Assembly (NCBI GenBank): GCA_040437565.1
Contig: JBDOQK010000005.1
Location: forward strand, 372,001-436,000
Origin: Albugo candida
Taxonomy: Eukaryota
Reading direction: 5' to 3'
DNA: 64,000 nucleotides
Positions 33,034 to 46,581 of this stretch are shown here, piece after piece (the first letter of the stretch is position 1; the number at the start of each line of letters is the position of its first letter). A program made the position numbers and the translations under genes. Below the pieces are notes generated by a model, which saw only the letters and a program-made list of their open reading frames with translations, did no database searches and was not told where the DNA came from.

Positions 33034-35005
33034 ATGCGAAATTCACCGAATTATCATGTGGAAGAAGGATGTAATGCAGCAGATAATGTCAACTCAAACA
33101 CATCGATCTCAACCACGTACGATACGTGGAACACGCCAAGCAATCAAGAAGGCAGCTCCAAAAGGTCAAGTTCACGAACAATGAAAGAAGAAGAGAGATC
33201 AATTTTGAATGGATCTTTCGATATGAACACACGCTTGGAAAAGTTCCCTCTTGACGGTCAGATTGCAGATGAGAATGAGGTGGAGAAGCAATCGCAGTTG
33301 GATGAGGAAGCTTTCGCTGATAATGATTTATCCAAAGACTTGATGCACGGGATTAATTCATTCTGGGCAATCATACTACCAATCACTATAACTATCACAG
33401 TAGCGAGGTACAAAAAATATGCAATTTGGGTGTCTGAGATGATAAAAGGTTTTTCTCAGCATTGTAGTGGTCAACTTTAGGAACGAAGATATGAAGGAGT
33501 CTATGAAGTATGTCCTTACATGAAAATGCAACTGGATAGGATGTTAAAATGATGCTGTGGCCACATAGGAGCTATTTGGTATACGGAGATGCTGAGCAGA
33601 ATTCTGGGTCGTCGATTTTCGGACGATCATTGATCAATGCCGTTGTACTAATAGGTGCAATTGCAATATTGACATTCGGAATGGTGCTCTTGTACAAATA
33701 CAATTGTACTAAGGTATATCTGTATTTAATACTAGAACGTGACTTATACCTAATACTCGAATGAGCAGTTCCTGGCAGGCTACATTATGTTTGCTGTAGT
33801 CTCAATATTAAGTTTTGTTGGTGGTCAGTTGATGGACACAATACTCCAAGCACAAAGTGGTTGGATTGTGGACTGGCCCTCATTCATCTTCATCATGGTC
33901 AATTTAGGCTTAGTGGGAGTGGTTGCAATTTTTTACCAAAAAGGTGTTCCGAAGGCGATCCAAGGGGCATATCTAGTACTTTCAAGTGTTATTCTTGCAT
34001 GGCAATTCTCAATGTGGCCCGAGGTATGTTCTCTATTATCGCGCTTGGATAATTTGACTAGGTATGTTTTTGAACAGTGGACGACTTGGATTTTCTGTTT
34101 TTCATTTGCATGCTACGATCTCTGTGCCGTGCTGACACCATGCGGTCCTTTGAAATGTTTGATCAATTTGATACAAGATAAACAGACACCCCTTCCCGGC
34201 CTACTTTATGAGGCTGATGTGGCGGATAGAGTACGACACAGTCTAACAGATCCTCATGTGGAAGATGGGCAACAACAATCATCGGCCAATGCAGCCAGAA
34301 AGCCAACTCGATCTCATTCTAATGCATCCTCCGAAGCTCAGCGTCCACCATTGACTGTGGAAGAATCCGATTTCTCGCCTTATCATTGCGACACCATGGA
34401 AAATCTTGTGCAATTGCTCAAGCTATTCTATCAGACCTTCAGCGCAAAGGATTTGTGGAAGGTTGATCAAGTTGCAGAAAAGTTTTTTGAATCGCAGGAT
34501 CGGTTATGGATGCTGATATATCATAAATATAATGTATGCTCTTGTGTCGTGGGGACCCTTTGTCCGGTACAAGAACGCGCAGAAGCGAAGAAGCGTTCGG
34601 AGAATGAAGTGCATGACGATAAGGAAGGTACATTACCGGCAAATCTTCCTCTTGGATTCCCACTGATGATCGGTCCGTTGTAGCGAACACCATCAAATTG
34701 GGCTTGGGAGACTTTATATTTTACAGCGTCTTGGTTGGACGTGCTGCCATTTACGATTTTTCGACCTTTGTGGTCTGCTTCCTCAGTGTGTTACTGGTAA
34801 GATATCGAAAACCGTTACCGAAGCTGATTGTTGATCTTCCTATATGTAGGGGCTGGGAGGTACATTATTCCTGCTTTCAGTTCTCCACAAAGCACTCCCG
34901 GCGTTACCAATTTCGATCTTTTTGGCGATTCTTGTGTACTTTTGGACACGTTACGTATACGTGGACTTTGGTGACTTTCTTTTTATGCGCGGTGTTTTAA
35001 TTTGA
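33034..35005 (+). CDS. Presenilin (A22A intramembrane aspartyl protease), multi-exon
   Basis: YDLCAVLTPCGPL; IKLGLGDFIFYSVLVGRAA; ALPALPISI; multiple TM segments; PE|WTTW. Confidence 0.93.
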
Positions 35006-35431
35006 GTTTCATCGTGAAGCCAATGCATTCTGGATAGGTTAGGGATATTCAATGTACTGATTAGATATAAGGTTACAATACTTAAGTTTTTTATCATCCA
35101 ATATGAGTCGAAATGTCGAAATGGGTGGGTATAAGTACGGTCTACTTTGACCCATACTCTCTAAATTTGATATCTGCGATTGCAAATTCGTGCCCGAAAA
35201 GTAGTGACGCGACGGAGAGCTAACTGTGCACGCAGCAAACTACACAAGATAAAGGTCGAATTTAGGTAAAATAGTGTATTGACCTGATCCACAGTCATAC
35301 CATGCGAATTTACAAGAGCTCATGAAGAATTAATCCCCTACGATAGAAATACTTCGAAGAAAGTCGACGAAAAGAGATCTGGAAGGCACGAGCAAAGCGA
35401 TAAGATTGGTTTCGTGATCAGAGTATTGGTT

Positions 35432-37615
35432 ATGTCAGACGCGTCCAAACTAGGGTACTTGAAACATATTTCCTTACGGATACCTCAATATTTCAATAAA
35501 TTGCTAAATTTGATTGATTCTTTTCCCTCATGCCGTTTAGAAAAATATTTATTGGTGGCCTGTCTTATGAGACTACAGATGGTATCCTCAATGATGCTAT
35601 CATCGTGTGCTTCGTACACATAGAATCATGTTACTTGCGTCAATAGACAAGCTGAGGACTTATTTTGGCGCTTTCGGCTCAGTCACGGATGCAGTTGTCA
35701 TGAAGGATCCAATTTCTCGAAGATCCCGTGGATTTGGCTTCATTACATACGCGGATCCTGCATGTGTGGATAGAGCGTTGGCGCAACCGAGTCATGTATT
35801 AGATAGTCGACGTGTACGCTATACTTCTTTTCACTTCGCAAAATCTAAGCTGTGGTTAAATTTTCCAGGTTGAGGCAAAGCGTGCAGTTCCACGAGCAGA
35901 TAGTTCTCGTGAGGTCACCAGCACGACAATCAAGCCTACTGGCCCCATTGTACTCCCAACGCTTAATACTACTTCTGCGGGTGGAGGAGCGACAAAGAAA
36001 ATTTTCGTCGGCGGTCTTCACTATGAGACCAAAGATGGTATGTAAAGATTCCTTGCAGTAGAATACATTTTTATCGTCACATTCTGAGTAGCAGAATTCA
36101 AGAAATATTTTCAGAAGTACGGCAAAGTCGTATCAGCAGAAGTAATGTTCAATCGAGAAACCAACAAATCAAGAGGATTTGGCTTTGTGGTTTTTGAAAA
36201 TGAGCAAAGTGTGGACCTGATTCTGAATGAAAGAGACCATATGATTGACGGAAAATTGGTACCAAACTTTTCAATTTTTCATTCAGACGGTCTAACGAGC
36301 CACCGTGTTTGTCTGATAGGTTGAAGTGAAGCGTGCAGTTCCTCGGACAGATGTACCTCCTATCCGAGCGATCCCATCACGGGGAGCACCATCAAGCGGG
36401 ACGGGTTCTGTAGAAAGCAACGAAGATGCTAATGTGAACTTAGTGAAAAGTGCCTCAGGCACTACTAATGCGGTTGTGCAGCCAGCTACAATGATCAAGT
36501 CGAGCTCATCCTCAGTTCCAACAGCCAATTTATTACCAAATGGGATCCTTGGAGGATATGCTGCAGCAGTTCGGTATGGTGGCCGCGGAATACCTCGAGA
36601 TTCACATTCAGCATCCTTTCTCAGTCCGACCTCTGTGTCGGCGCTTGAAGGAGGAGAATTTCTAGAGCCTTCTTCGATTGTTTCATCACCTCATCAACCC
36701 TCAACGAGTCAGTTATCTTCGAATTTCTCTCTAGGTGGTGTAGCTGAAGCTCTCAATAGCCTCAATATCAAGGAAGAAACCTCACCGCGGACGTCCAAAG
36801 CATCCTCTGATGAGTCTTGCGACAAATTGCCTGAGTCGTATTCTAATGAATCCGTGTTTGAGGGATTCAAGAACTCGTTACCTTCCTCCCTTTCCACGCA
36901 ATGGCACATCCCATCCAGCGTAGCTCCTTCGGTTCGATCACCACCACCAGCCAATGGGCACTTGGGTTCAAATGACTTGGAGCAACCTTCGTTTTTGAAT
37001 TCAGGATTATCAGATAGTAACAGTCATTTCCCATGGCAATCATCGTCATGGCAGCACGCATCCTGGGGCGTGATACCTCCAGCTCCATCCGACGATCAAA
37101 TCGACCCTCAAAATCCTCGATCTCCATCCACAGCATTACCTTCTATCGGTAACCCTCCTAATACAACTACATCATCGCTTTTCTCCATGTTTTCTTCGAC
37201 CGCGGACGTATGGCCTCGATCGCAGCAGCTTGGAGATGCGAATGGAAGTTCCGATTGTGCGGGTTTCGGTGGAATGATGGGAATGAATTTGAACCTTGAT
37301 TCTACCAGTAGTACGTTTGAAGAGAGCTTGGGTATCGGCGCAAAATTGGCCACGAATCCTTTGGCTTCCCCTGCATTATCCGGTATATTCTCTCAAGATT
37401 CGTCTGATGTAGAAGTTCGGTCAAATGGAGCGCTTTCAAACTTGGACAATATGATAGGAAGAAGTTTATGCACCCAGGAAGGTAACTCAGGGTCGAGGAT
37501 GTCAAAGCAGTTTTATTATATGGATCAGGATCGCAGTCGCGGCTCGAGCTCTAGTTTAGGAACAAAGTTGCAGGAGTCGGCGCCATTCTCGTTTCAGGAT
37601 GAGCATTCTAGGTAA
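35432..37615 (+). CDS. Two-RRM RNA-binding protein (Musashi/DAZAP1/Hrp1/hnRNP A1-like) with Ser-rich tail
   Basis: KIFIGGLSYETT; MKDPISRRSRGFGFITY; KIFVGGLHYET; NKSRGFGFVVF; VEVKRAVPR. Several GT-AG introns. Confidence 0.9.
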
Positions 37616-37807
37616 AGAACACCTAAAATAAGGACGGCTCTAGAAACTTTTCAACTTCCGATAACGATACCAATCGAAAGCTTTTAACCAATTGAACCTG
37701 ATCATTCGCTATGTTCTTACTGTATTTTATCCAATCTATGAAGCAATAACACACGGTATGATCCAATGGGTTGAAAGACAAAAAAATCGCAATAAATTCT
37801 TGGAAAA

Positions 37808-40442
37808 ATGGATGAAGCTTCGAGTCGCAATGAGAATTACTTGCGTCGTACATTTTGCCAGATTCCTTTCTCTAAAATCAAGAGAAATGCAGAAAGAAGT
37901 GATTTGTGTCTCGATAAACTAATAACCTTTTTGGAGCATAAAGCAAAAGCGGATCGGCTTGCCAACGAAGAATTAGGAAATTTGCTCCATCCTAATGAGA
38001 CATCACCGGATTCAAAGCTGGAGGAATTTGAGGAATATGGTACAAGTATCAGAAAAGCAATCATTGAATTAAAATCGTATGTCGAAATGAACTGTTATCA
38101 GCATTTGCTGCTTGCCAAAGTACTTGAAGATCAGGTTGCGCTACCTCTTCGAAAACTGCAAGATCATGCAAAGTCGTACAGGAAGACACTTCAGCGTGAA
38201 ATCGCAAGCGTGAGTGAAAATTACACCGAATCTTATCGAGTAATGATGCAGGTAGCAATACGTTTGATACTTGGGGGAAGTGTACTTGCTGGATGACATA
38301 CGACTCTTAGGCGAATGAAGAGATGGGAAGAATCGAGAGAGAATTACACGAAGCGATAGATCGTCAACAGAAAGCGTTCAACGTATGTCTCACTTAATTT
38401 TTCCGGTTTAATTCGGTAATGGTGCCTGTAATAGTGCGGAGGGATTCCAGCATTTGAGTTGCAAAGGTTAGCAATGCGGGTTTCCAAGTGTAAAGAAATG
38501 CATGAAATAGCAAAATCAGAACACTTGCAGTATAAAAGAGCATTGTTCGGCCGTATTGTCGCCAGAGATGAGATGGGAATGNNNNNNNNNNNNNNNNNNN
38601 NNNNNNNNNNNNNNNNNNNNNNNNNNNNNNNNNNNNNNNNNNNNNNNNNNNNNNNNNNNNNNNNNNNNNNNNNNNNNNNNNAAGTCGTACAGGAAGACAC
38701 TTCAGCGTGAAATCGCAAGCGTGAGTGAAAATTACACCGAATCTTATCGAGTAATGATGCAGGTAGCAATACGTTTGATACTTGGGGGAAGTGTACTTGC
38801 TGGATGACATACGACTCTTAGGCGAATGAAGAGATGGGAAGAATCGAGAGAGAATTACACGAAGCGATAGATCGTCAACAGAAAGCGTTCAACGTATGTC
38901 TCACTTAATTTTTCCGGTTTAATTCGGTAATGGTGCCTGTAATAGTGCGGAGGGATTCCAGCATTTGAGTTGCAAAGGTTAGCAATGCGGGTTTCCAAGT
39001 GTAAAGAAATGCATGAAATAGCAAAATCAGAACACTTGCAGTATAAAAGAGCATTGTTCGGCCGTATTGTCGCCAGAGATGAGATGGGAATGGCAGTAGC
39101 GGTGGCATATCAAAGGAATGAGGAAGAGAGAATGGATCAAATAAAATCGAGCTTGGAGCGATTTGTTCATGTAGAAACAGAACGCATGAAAGCTGCTCAG
39201 GTGCAACTTGAGTCACTAAAAATTCATGTTGAGAACATCAATCAGGATGAGGATATTCAACTTCTGATACATGTACTTCAAGCTTAGGCTCATCAAGTCA
39301 AATCTACATACTGAGCATGGCGTTTCATGTGTTATGTAGAACCATTCCAATCCAGATAATATGCATTTCCAAGGGAGAGCCTTGTCGATTCTGGATTGGA
39401 AGCGACTTCGAAAACAGACAGATTCCGACGAAGATTCCAATTCGGATGATGAAAGCATCGGAAAGACCAATGAAGAATGCTGTAAAGAAAACGATATCAG
39501 CGATTTTGCTGTTTCAGAGGAAGAAGCAAGAAAAAAACATCAGACCCCTACGTCTGTGAATCCCGTTGCGATGGGTGAAGCCTTGAGATCTTTTTTCGAA
39601 GCCAACCCGCCAGATTTGGAGCAAGCTTGCTCTACTATTGAAGCCATGTGCATGCGGAAGCGTGGTCGTACTAGCTTTGTCAAATGCTTGAGTCATCAGC
39701 GAGGCTTTGAGACGAGGATAAAAACGGAGCATGCGTTTGATGCAATGGTGAGATGCTTCAACGCTTTTTTACAAAGATGCATGCATCAAAATCATGTTCG
39801 AGCAGCTAAAACAGCGATTATCCTTGCTGAGACGTTTTATATTGCCAAGCAAGATCTCTTGAGTGCAAACATGGAAGGGATGACAAGCTCGATGGATTCT
39901 GTCCAAGTATCTGATGCAGCCGCTTCCCGCTCGGAACCTGTGGAATCTCCCCGTATCAATCGAGTATATCTTCAGGTCAAAATCAAGCAGCATCCTATTT
40001 GGAAAAGTCCAAAGGTAAAAGCGCTCGACTTTCTTGCTACCTCTCGATCTTCTCACATGACGATCATAGTTTTGGGAGAAAGCCTTATTACTCGCGATCG
40101 GAGAAGAACTGCAACGATCATCTCCGTCCATTCCCTGGGAGTGTCTCCCAAGCGGCATCCCGAAAAGTGAAAGTATGTTGTGCTCTGTTTTCGAATAAAA
40201 TCTCACCCAATACATCGATCCCAATTTTAGATGTGTATACCCGGGAAGAAGCTGTTTCTCACGTCCATAATATCATATTCGGGCAACTTGGCTCTTTCAC
40301 ATTGAGCATGCTGGAATTCGGTGTTCCCTTGGCCCAAATCGAGTCGTTTATTGAGACAATGTGCGATGCAAACGAGCTAACCGAAGAACAGCGTTTTCAG
40401 TTGCGCAAAAGCTTAAGAGAAATTAGAATCGCTTTACAATAA
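37808..40442 (+). CDS. F-BAR-like plus SBF2/MADD-C-like domain protein, multi-exon
   Basis: N-terminal F-BAR-like helices (FLEHKAKAD..YGTSIRKAIIELK..HLLLAKVLEDQVALPL; YQRNEEERMDQIKSSLERF). C-terminal GRTSFVKCL, AETFY, YLQVKIKQHPIW..FWE and IFGQLGSFTLSMLEFG. Artefactual duplication at gap 38582. Confidence 0.65.
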
Positions 40443-40470
40443 CAGATATCCAACTTTCGAGGATACTATC

Positions 40471-41885
40471 TCAATTCAGAAGCTCGATGATCATGGCTCC
40501 GGCTCCACCGCCTCCATTACAGATGGAAGCACATCCAATCGTTGCATCCTTTTGTCGCAATATATGGATCAGTGATCCAACAACACGAACACCCGACATG
40601 CCAATCGGATGGCCGATAGCAACAGCACCGCCATTTACATTCACTCGACTATGATCAAGATCCATTAACCTCATGTTAGCTAATGGAACTACTGAGAAAG
40701 CTTCATTTATTTCGTGATATTCGATATCGTCCAGCTGCAAGCCAGCTCGATGAAGAGCCACAGGAATGGCTTTCGACGGCGCAATCGTGAATTCATCGGG
40801 CTTTTGGGCAGCATCACCGAATCCAAGAATTCTCGCAAGTGGCTTCAAATTCATTTCTCTAGCTTTATGAGCCGACATGAGGACCATTGATGCGGCACCA
40901 TCGTTCAAAGGTGACGCATTCGCTGCTGTTACCGTGCCATCTTTCGTAAAAGCTGGTCGTAGCTTTGGAATTCTTTCAGGATTGGTATTGAAAGGCTCTT
41001 CGTCTCTAGCATAAACTTTTGGATCGCCTTTACGCTGTGAAATTGAAACTGGAACGATCTCAGCGTCGAATAATCCCTGCTCATTGGCTTTGATTGCCCT
41101 CGCATAAGACTCAATAGCATAAGCATCTTGATCCTCACGACTAAAGTTAAAGTTTCTCGCGCAAATTTCTCCACAAATTCCCTGCAAAAAAATAAGAATA
41201 ACGAGATTGCATGCTCCGATCGACATTTTGTACCATGTGTTGATTGTCGTAAGGATCCCACAGTCCATCATGAATGACCCCATCGATGAGCTGAGAATAT
41301 AAAATATAAGCTCGAGTATATTGCAATAAAAATACGTGGCACCTGGCCGTTCCCCAAACGATAACCTCGACGAGCTTTTGCCAAATAAAATGGAACATTT
41401 GACATGCTTTCAAAACCGCCGGCAAGAACTACTTCTTGTGAGCCACACTGGATAGTTTGTGCCGAAATGGCAATAGCTTTCATTCCAGAAGCGCATACTT
41501 TATTGATCGTGGTGCACGGAATTCGCTCTGGGAAGTTAGCCTTAAGAATCGATTGACGTGCAGGAGCTTGACCGATGCCCGCGCTAACAACGTTTCCGAT
41601 AAAAGCCTCCTGAATATCGTTTGGTGAGATTCCTGCTCGTTTCACAGATTCTCTGTTCGCGATGACACCAAGTTCCGGCCCAGAAAGATCTTGGAAAGCT
41701 CCATTAAGCGTTCCGATTGGTGTGCGCGCGTAGCTGACAATCACGACGTCCTACACCAAGCGTGATGATAATCATTTTATTATAGACAGCGTAAGTACCT
41801 TTTCATTTCTGATTCTGGTCGAGAGGGCTCTACAGACATGCGAACATTTGCCCGAGGAGTAAACTTGCTTTAGGATCTTGAACAT
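40471..41885 (-). CDS. Acetyl-CoA acetyltransferase (thiolase), probably mitochondrial
   Basis: [56 protein letters not shown]; presequence-like MFKILKQ..RALSTR. Confidence 0.95.
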
Positions 41886-41952
41886 GTTCTTAACCGTTGA
41901 GTGAAGGTAAATTAATGTATGAATGTGACGCGAATGTTGTGCCGCCTGGAAT

Positions 41953-43519
41953 ATGGTGCTCGAGCATGTCCTTGCAAACCGATCGGATGGAGTCGCATTT
42001 CCGTCAATTTTTGACTTATTTATGCAAGAAAAGTTGAATAAAAGCATGCGATCGGCTTTCTTATATATTCTGAAAGTGCTCAGCGATACGTATCCGTCGA
42101 ATAATTCTCTCACACGGCTTCTTTTGTACTCTGAAGAAGCTTATGCTGTCAGCAAGCTCTTATTGGAAAGATACTGTCTAGAATTGCACGACAGCACCTT
42201 ATCAGAGCATTTTTATGGAATGAAACGCGTTATTGCTTGTGTCCCTAAAGAAAAAAACCAATCATTTTCTTCGCTCAACAGTGAAAGAAGAAAGAAGGCA
42301 ATTCTCTTTGTGGTAGGTGCATCATTGACGACCAAGGTTGTAAAGTTGACCTCATGTATCATCACTCTAGGCGTTATTTCCTTATATGAAGGCAAAATTA
42401 GATCAATTTTATGAAAGATGTAAACAGCCAGAGAACATTGAAAGAAGGACTGCACGCATTGACGACGAGCGAAGCGATTCCACAAGCACTGTATGCGTCA
42501 AGACTATACTATTTTTTAAAACATGGTTCCAGTTGCAAGAATGGAATCGGCATAAACGAATCTATCAGCGGCTATATCCGCTTGTCCATTTTTGCCTTGA
42601 GAGTACTTATGTACTGTATCAGGTGCGTTCAATCAAGCTGAAGTAATATTTTCACGTGGTCAATCTGCTTGATTATGTAGTGGCTGTATCTGCTTGGGAA
42701 TACACGGTATTTCTCGCCGCTATTGCACAGTTTGGGAATCGTTCTTGTGGCTCGTACGCCACAAGATCAAGTAAGAAACCTGTTCAAAGCGTATGATATA
42801 ACTATNNNNNNNNNNNNNNNNNNNNNNNNNNNNNNNNNNNNNNNNNNNNNNNNNNNNNNNNNNNNNNNNNNNNNNNNNNNNNNNNNNNNNNNNNNNNNNN
42901 NNNNNTTGGGAATACACGGTATTTCTCGCCGCTATTGCACAGTTTGGGAATCGTTCTTGTGGCTCGTACGCCACAAGATCAAGTAAGAAACCTGTTCAAA
43001 GCGTATGATATAACTATGTCTACGGTGTAGGCAGCTTATGAGAAGATACGAAGAGACTATCGTATACAAATCCTCGCAAAGCTTAGTGATGGTGGTCCGT
43101 GGAAGCAGGTTTCACGAATTTTGTATCGATTGATATGGACTCTGGCAGATCATTTTTACGTATCCGTGATGCTCGGACTTGCTGGATATAAAATGCTTGA
43201 GTGGATACACTCCGAAGAAGGCGCAGCAGCAAGCACATCGGCTCGAATTGGGAGCGATGGACCAGTTCCTCCACCACCACTTGCACCGCCTCTTACTGGT
43301 CCAACAGCCCATTTGGCTCTCTTACATCCATCCTTGTGCTCCTTGTGTCTGAAAACTCGCACCAATCCGGCAGCATCGAGCTCAGGACATGTTTTCTGCT
43401 ATCCGTGCATTTATGAATATGTTAAACGACATCAAAAGTGCCCACTCACAAACATCAAGTGCGACATTTCAACAATTATCAAGGTTTACGATGAAACACC
43501 GCACTTGGCGTTTGAGTGA
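41953..43519 (+). CDS. PEX12: Peroxin PEX12 (RING), multi-exon
   Basis: PSIFDL; LSEHFYGMKR; WLYLLGNTRYFSP; KMLEW; PVPPPP; CSLCLKTRTNPAA..SGHVFCYPCI..CPLT. Confidence 0.9.
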
Positions 43520-43680
43520 TGCTGTTGTAAGCGTATTAAGTGCAAGTGAAAAGTGTTATGGTTGCTATTGAATCAATTCTCTCTATTCAAAAGACATGAA
43601 GCTAAATATGCAAGCAATGGACATTGACCACAGCCGACAAGTCTCTTGCAAGTTGACAACACTTGCGAGGATGTGGCTGT

Positions 43681-44853
43681 TCACTTTTTACGAAAGATTG
43701 TCGATTTAACACCGAAAGAATTGTTTCCACCAGATCTGGGCCCACCACGATCATTGAATAGGACTAGGATGACACTCATATTGTCACGACTTCCTTTAAC
43801 CAAGCACTCGTTGATAAGCTCTTCACAAATGTCTTGTGCTGAGGATTTTGTTCCTTGTCGAGTTTTTTTCTGTACAAACTTTCGAATCTGCTCATTGGTC
43901 ATGACGTCGTAAATTCCATCACACGCCAAGAACAAAAACTCATCGTCGGCAGACCGTCGGTGCAAGCGTATACACGGTTCAGCCGTTACCAATTGTTGAT
44001 GTGGTTTCATGGCCGCATTTCGTTTAAACCAGAAGTCACCAAAGCTACGAGACACAGCGACGCCACCACAGACACGCCCACGAAATACAGTTCCACCGGC
44101 ACTCAAGATTCGCTGCTTTTCAAAATCAACATCCGGTTTATGATCCATAGAAAGCTGAATCATATCAATACATTTTGTGTTGCTGAGAATACATCGCGAA
44201 TCTCCTATAAAATGCGTCAGTATAGCCCGCATTTGATCTAGTAATTGTCTGCATACCAACATTCGCCACAACGATATCTGTTGGTGTGATGATTGCTACT
44301 AAACCTGTTGATCCAACCTCATCACACACTGGACCAATTTCCGGATTTTCCCGCAGAGCCTCATCCGTGCTGATAAAAGCTTTGCATAATGCAACTGTGA
44401 GCGATTCCGAGGTCTACAAACAATAGAGTATTTAAGAGATGTGGCTAATCAAGTCGACAATTAGCACCTGAGGATCATTTTTGAATTCTTTGGTTCCGAA
44501 AAGCTCTTTAAGAATTGTGTTCGCACTGTACACGGCCGAACATGAAGATTGTATACTCTGCATACATATGAATACTTACGCTGCCTTTGACACTGCTGAG
44601 CCTCCATGACCATCAAATACACCGACACAGCAAGTTTCCGGTATGGAAGGATGCAATGAAGGCTGGATGATTTCTACATCCTGCGCGAATTCTTGTCACT
44701 TTTGAACGTTCAAATGATAAAACAAAAAAAGATGTTACATACTTCCATTGTTTCACGCCATCCTTGCATACAAGAGGTTGCAATGGTCATGTTGTTCGCG
44801 CAGATCGTTGATGACTTTTTCGTAACATTAGGCTCTGAAAGGAAGCGCGACAT
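43681..44853 (-). CDS. Protein phosphatase 2C (PPM1A-like), multi-exon
   Basis: MQGWRETME|D; GVFDGHGG; NVGDSR; DHKP; AVSRSFGD; LFLACDGIYDV; GSRDNMSVILV. Confidence 0.93.
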
Positions 44854-45333
44854 CAAAAATCGTGTTATACGGAAAAAAGAACTGTACGTATGTATACCAA
44901 AAAGTGAAGTTTTATTATCTGTCAATGAGGTCCTGTCCGATTTCATCCAGTACTGTCACTGTTATAACATAACTTTATGCTGTATAGAAAAGCTCACGAA
45001 TTTTAAGGACAGACAATTTCGTGCTAAATGCTGCACTAACGATCGAAAAAACGACAAATTGAACGACAAAGAGACAAACTTTTGGCAAATACGATTCAGT
45101 CCCAACGGTGTGTTTTTGGCGTTGTATATATACGCGAGCACCATTTAGCATCCTTTTAGCACCAAGCATGAAAATTGGTGCTGTAGGCTGTATCTCACGC
45201 ATGGTTGTGAATATAGTTCCTTGTAAGGTATGAACTCATGCATCTATATTTATTGGATAGCACGCAGCTAAGTGAAAATCTCTCTCGTTTCTATAACGAC
45301 CGAGTCAGCAACGATATCACATATGTTTGCACA

Positions 45334-46581
45334 TCACATATTGATCATCGCGCTGATACTTTTGATCGCGACCTTGTGACTTTGGCAATGTATTAGGTAG
45401 ACGTCAGTAATCCGTGTCTTCGCTAGCGGGGCGCCAAACAAATGATCTCGTTCCTCTCGAGGTGTCTCAAAAGAATATACGAGTTGAGCTTGTGGTTCTA
45501 AGAATTCGTCTTCGAATTTTTGGTACAATTTTGTTCGAATCGCATATTTATCAATTTGTGTCCGCGCTTTCTCCTTTTTCTTCCCTTCCTCAAGGCTGCA
45601 TGTTGTCAGTACAAGAAAGTAATCAAAGTCAAAAATGTTTTGTCCGCCTTGGTCTGAATTTGTTATGGCCCATTCAATATCTTCATGCAATGCCGAATGT
45701 AAGGCCGGAANNNNNNNNNNNNNNNNNNNNNNNNNNNNNNNNNNNNNNNNNNNNNNNNNNNNNNNNNNNNNNNNNNNNNNNNNNNNNNNNNNNNNNNNNN
45801 NNNNNNNNNNTTGGTACAATTTTGTTCGAATCGCATATTTATCAATTTGTGTCCGCGCTTTCTCCTTTTTCTTCCCTTCCTCAAGGCTGCATGTTGTCAG
45901 TACAAGAAAGTAATCAAAGTCAAAAATGTTTTGTCCGCCTTGGTCTGAATTTGTTATGGCCCATTCAATATCTTCATGCAATGCCGAATGTAAGGCCGGA
46001 ATAAGCTGGTATGGAAGATTGTATAAACGTTCGTTCATAAGGAGCCCAACTCTTTTCGTCTCAAAGATCTCCTCAAATTCGTCCTTTTGGTCCAGCGGAC
46101 AATGCTTTCGCACATAACTTAGCAGTTGTTGAATGCATTTTTTATCCTCGTAATGATGCAAATTCAGTGCTGTGATGAATCCATATGCATCGGGCTCGCC
46201 GGCGACACACACTACTGTTCCAACCTCTACTTGATTCACGATGATATCAGCCATTTCTGCCGTGTCAAAAGACAAAGATGCTGATAGGAAGGATGACAAA
46301 AGCTGCTTGATACTCTGAAATTGGGATTGATTTGGATCAGAAAAAACAAATTCGACATGGACAGAATTTTCACTGTCAAGGTTTCCTTTGTTTTCTTCAG
46401 CTTCACCAGTAGGCTCTTTCTTACGTGCTAGACTTAAAACTTCGCTCTCAGAATCATCCTCACTGCTTTTGTCGTCGCTTTTATCCTCCATCAACGAATC
46501 ATCTGATTTTGTACTGTATTGACGCTCATTTTCGGCCTCATCCTCGCTTCGCTTCCTTTTCGAATTGGAAGCGCATCGCAT
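45334..46581 (-). CDS. BCP1/BCCIP-family protein
   Basis: VHVEFVFSDP; ADIIVNQVEVGTVV; AYGFITALNL; VGLLMNERLYNLPYQLIPAL; FDYFLVL. Internal duplication at gap 45711 is artefactual. Confidence 0.88.
   Translation of the reverse strand: MRCASNSKRKRSEDEAENERQYSTKSDDSLMEDKSDDKSSEDDSESEVLSLARKKEPTGEAEENKGNLDSENSVHVEFVFSDPNQSQFQSIKQLLSSFLSASLSFDTAEMADIIVNQVEVGTVVCVAGEPDAYGFITALNLHHYEDKKCIQQLLSYVRKHCPLDQKDEFEEIFETKRVGLLMNERLYNLPYQLIPALHSALHEDIEWAITNSDQGGQNIFDFDYFLVLTTCSLEEGKKKEKARTQIDKYAIRTKLYQXXXXXXXXXXXXXXXXXXXXXXXXXXXXXXXXXXPALHSALHEDIEWAITNSDQGGQNIFDFDYFLVLTTCSLEEGKKKEKARTQIDKYAIRTKLYQKFEDEFLEPQAQLVYSFETPREERDHLFGAPLAKTRITDVYLIHCQSHKVAIKSISAMINM

Noticed and set aside
35582-35646. GTATCCTC donor in the RRM gene resembling a U12 5' site
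   Set aside because: It mismatches at +8 and has no CCTTAAC-like branch site, so I treat it as an ordinary U2 intron.
38171-39092. Apparent tandem exon duplication in the F-BAR gene
   Set aside because: An identical ~410-bp overlap across gap 38582-38681, introns included, so it is an artefact.
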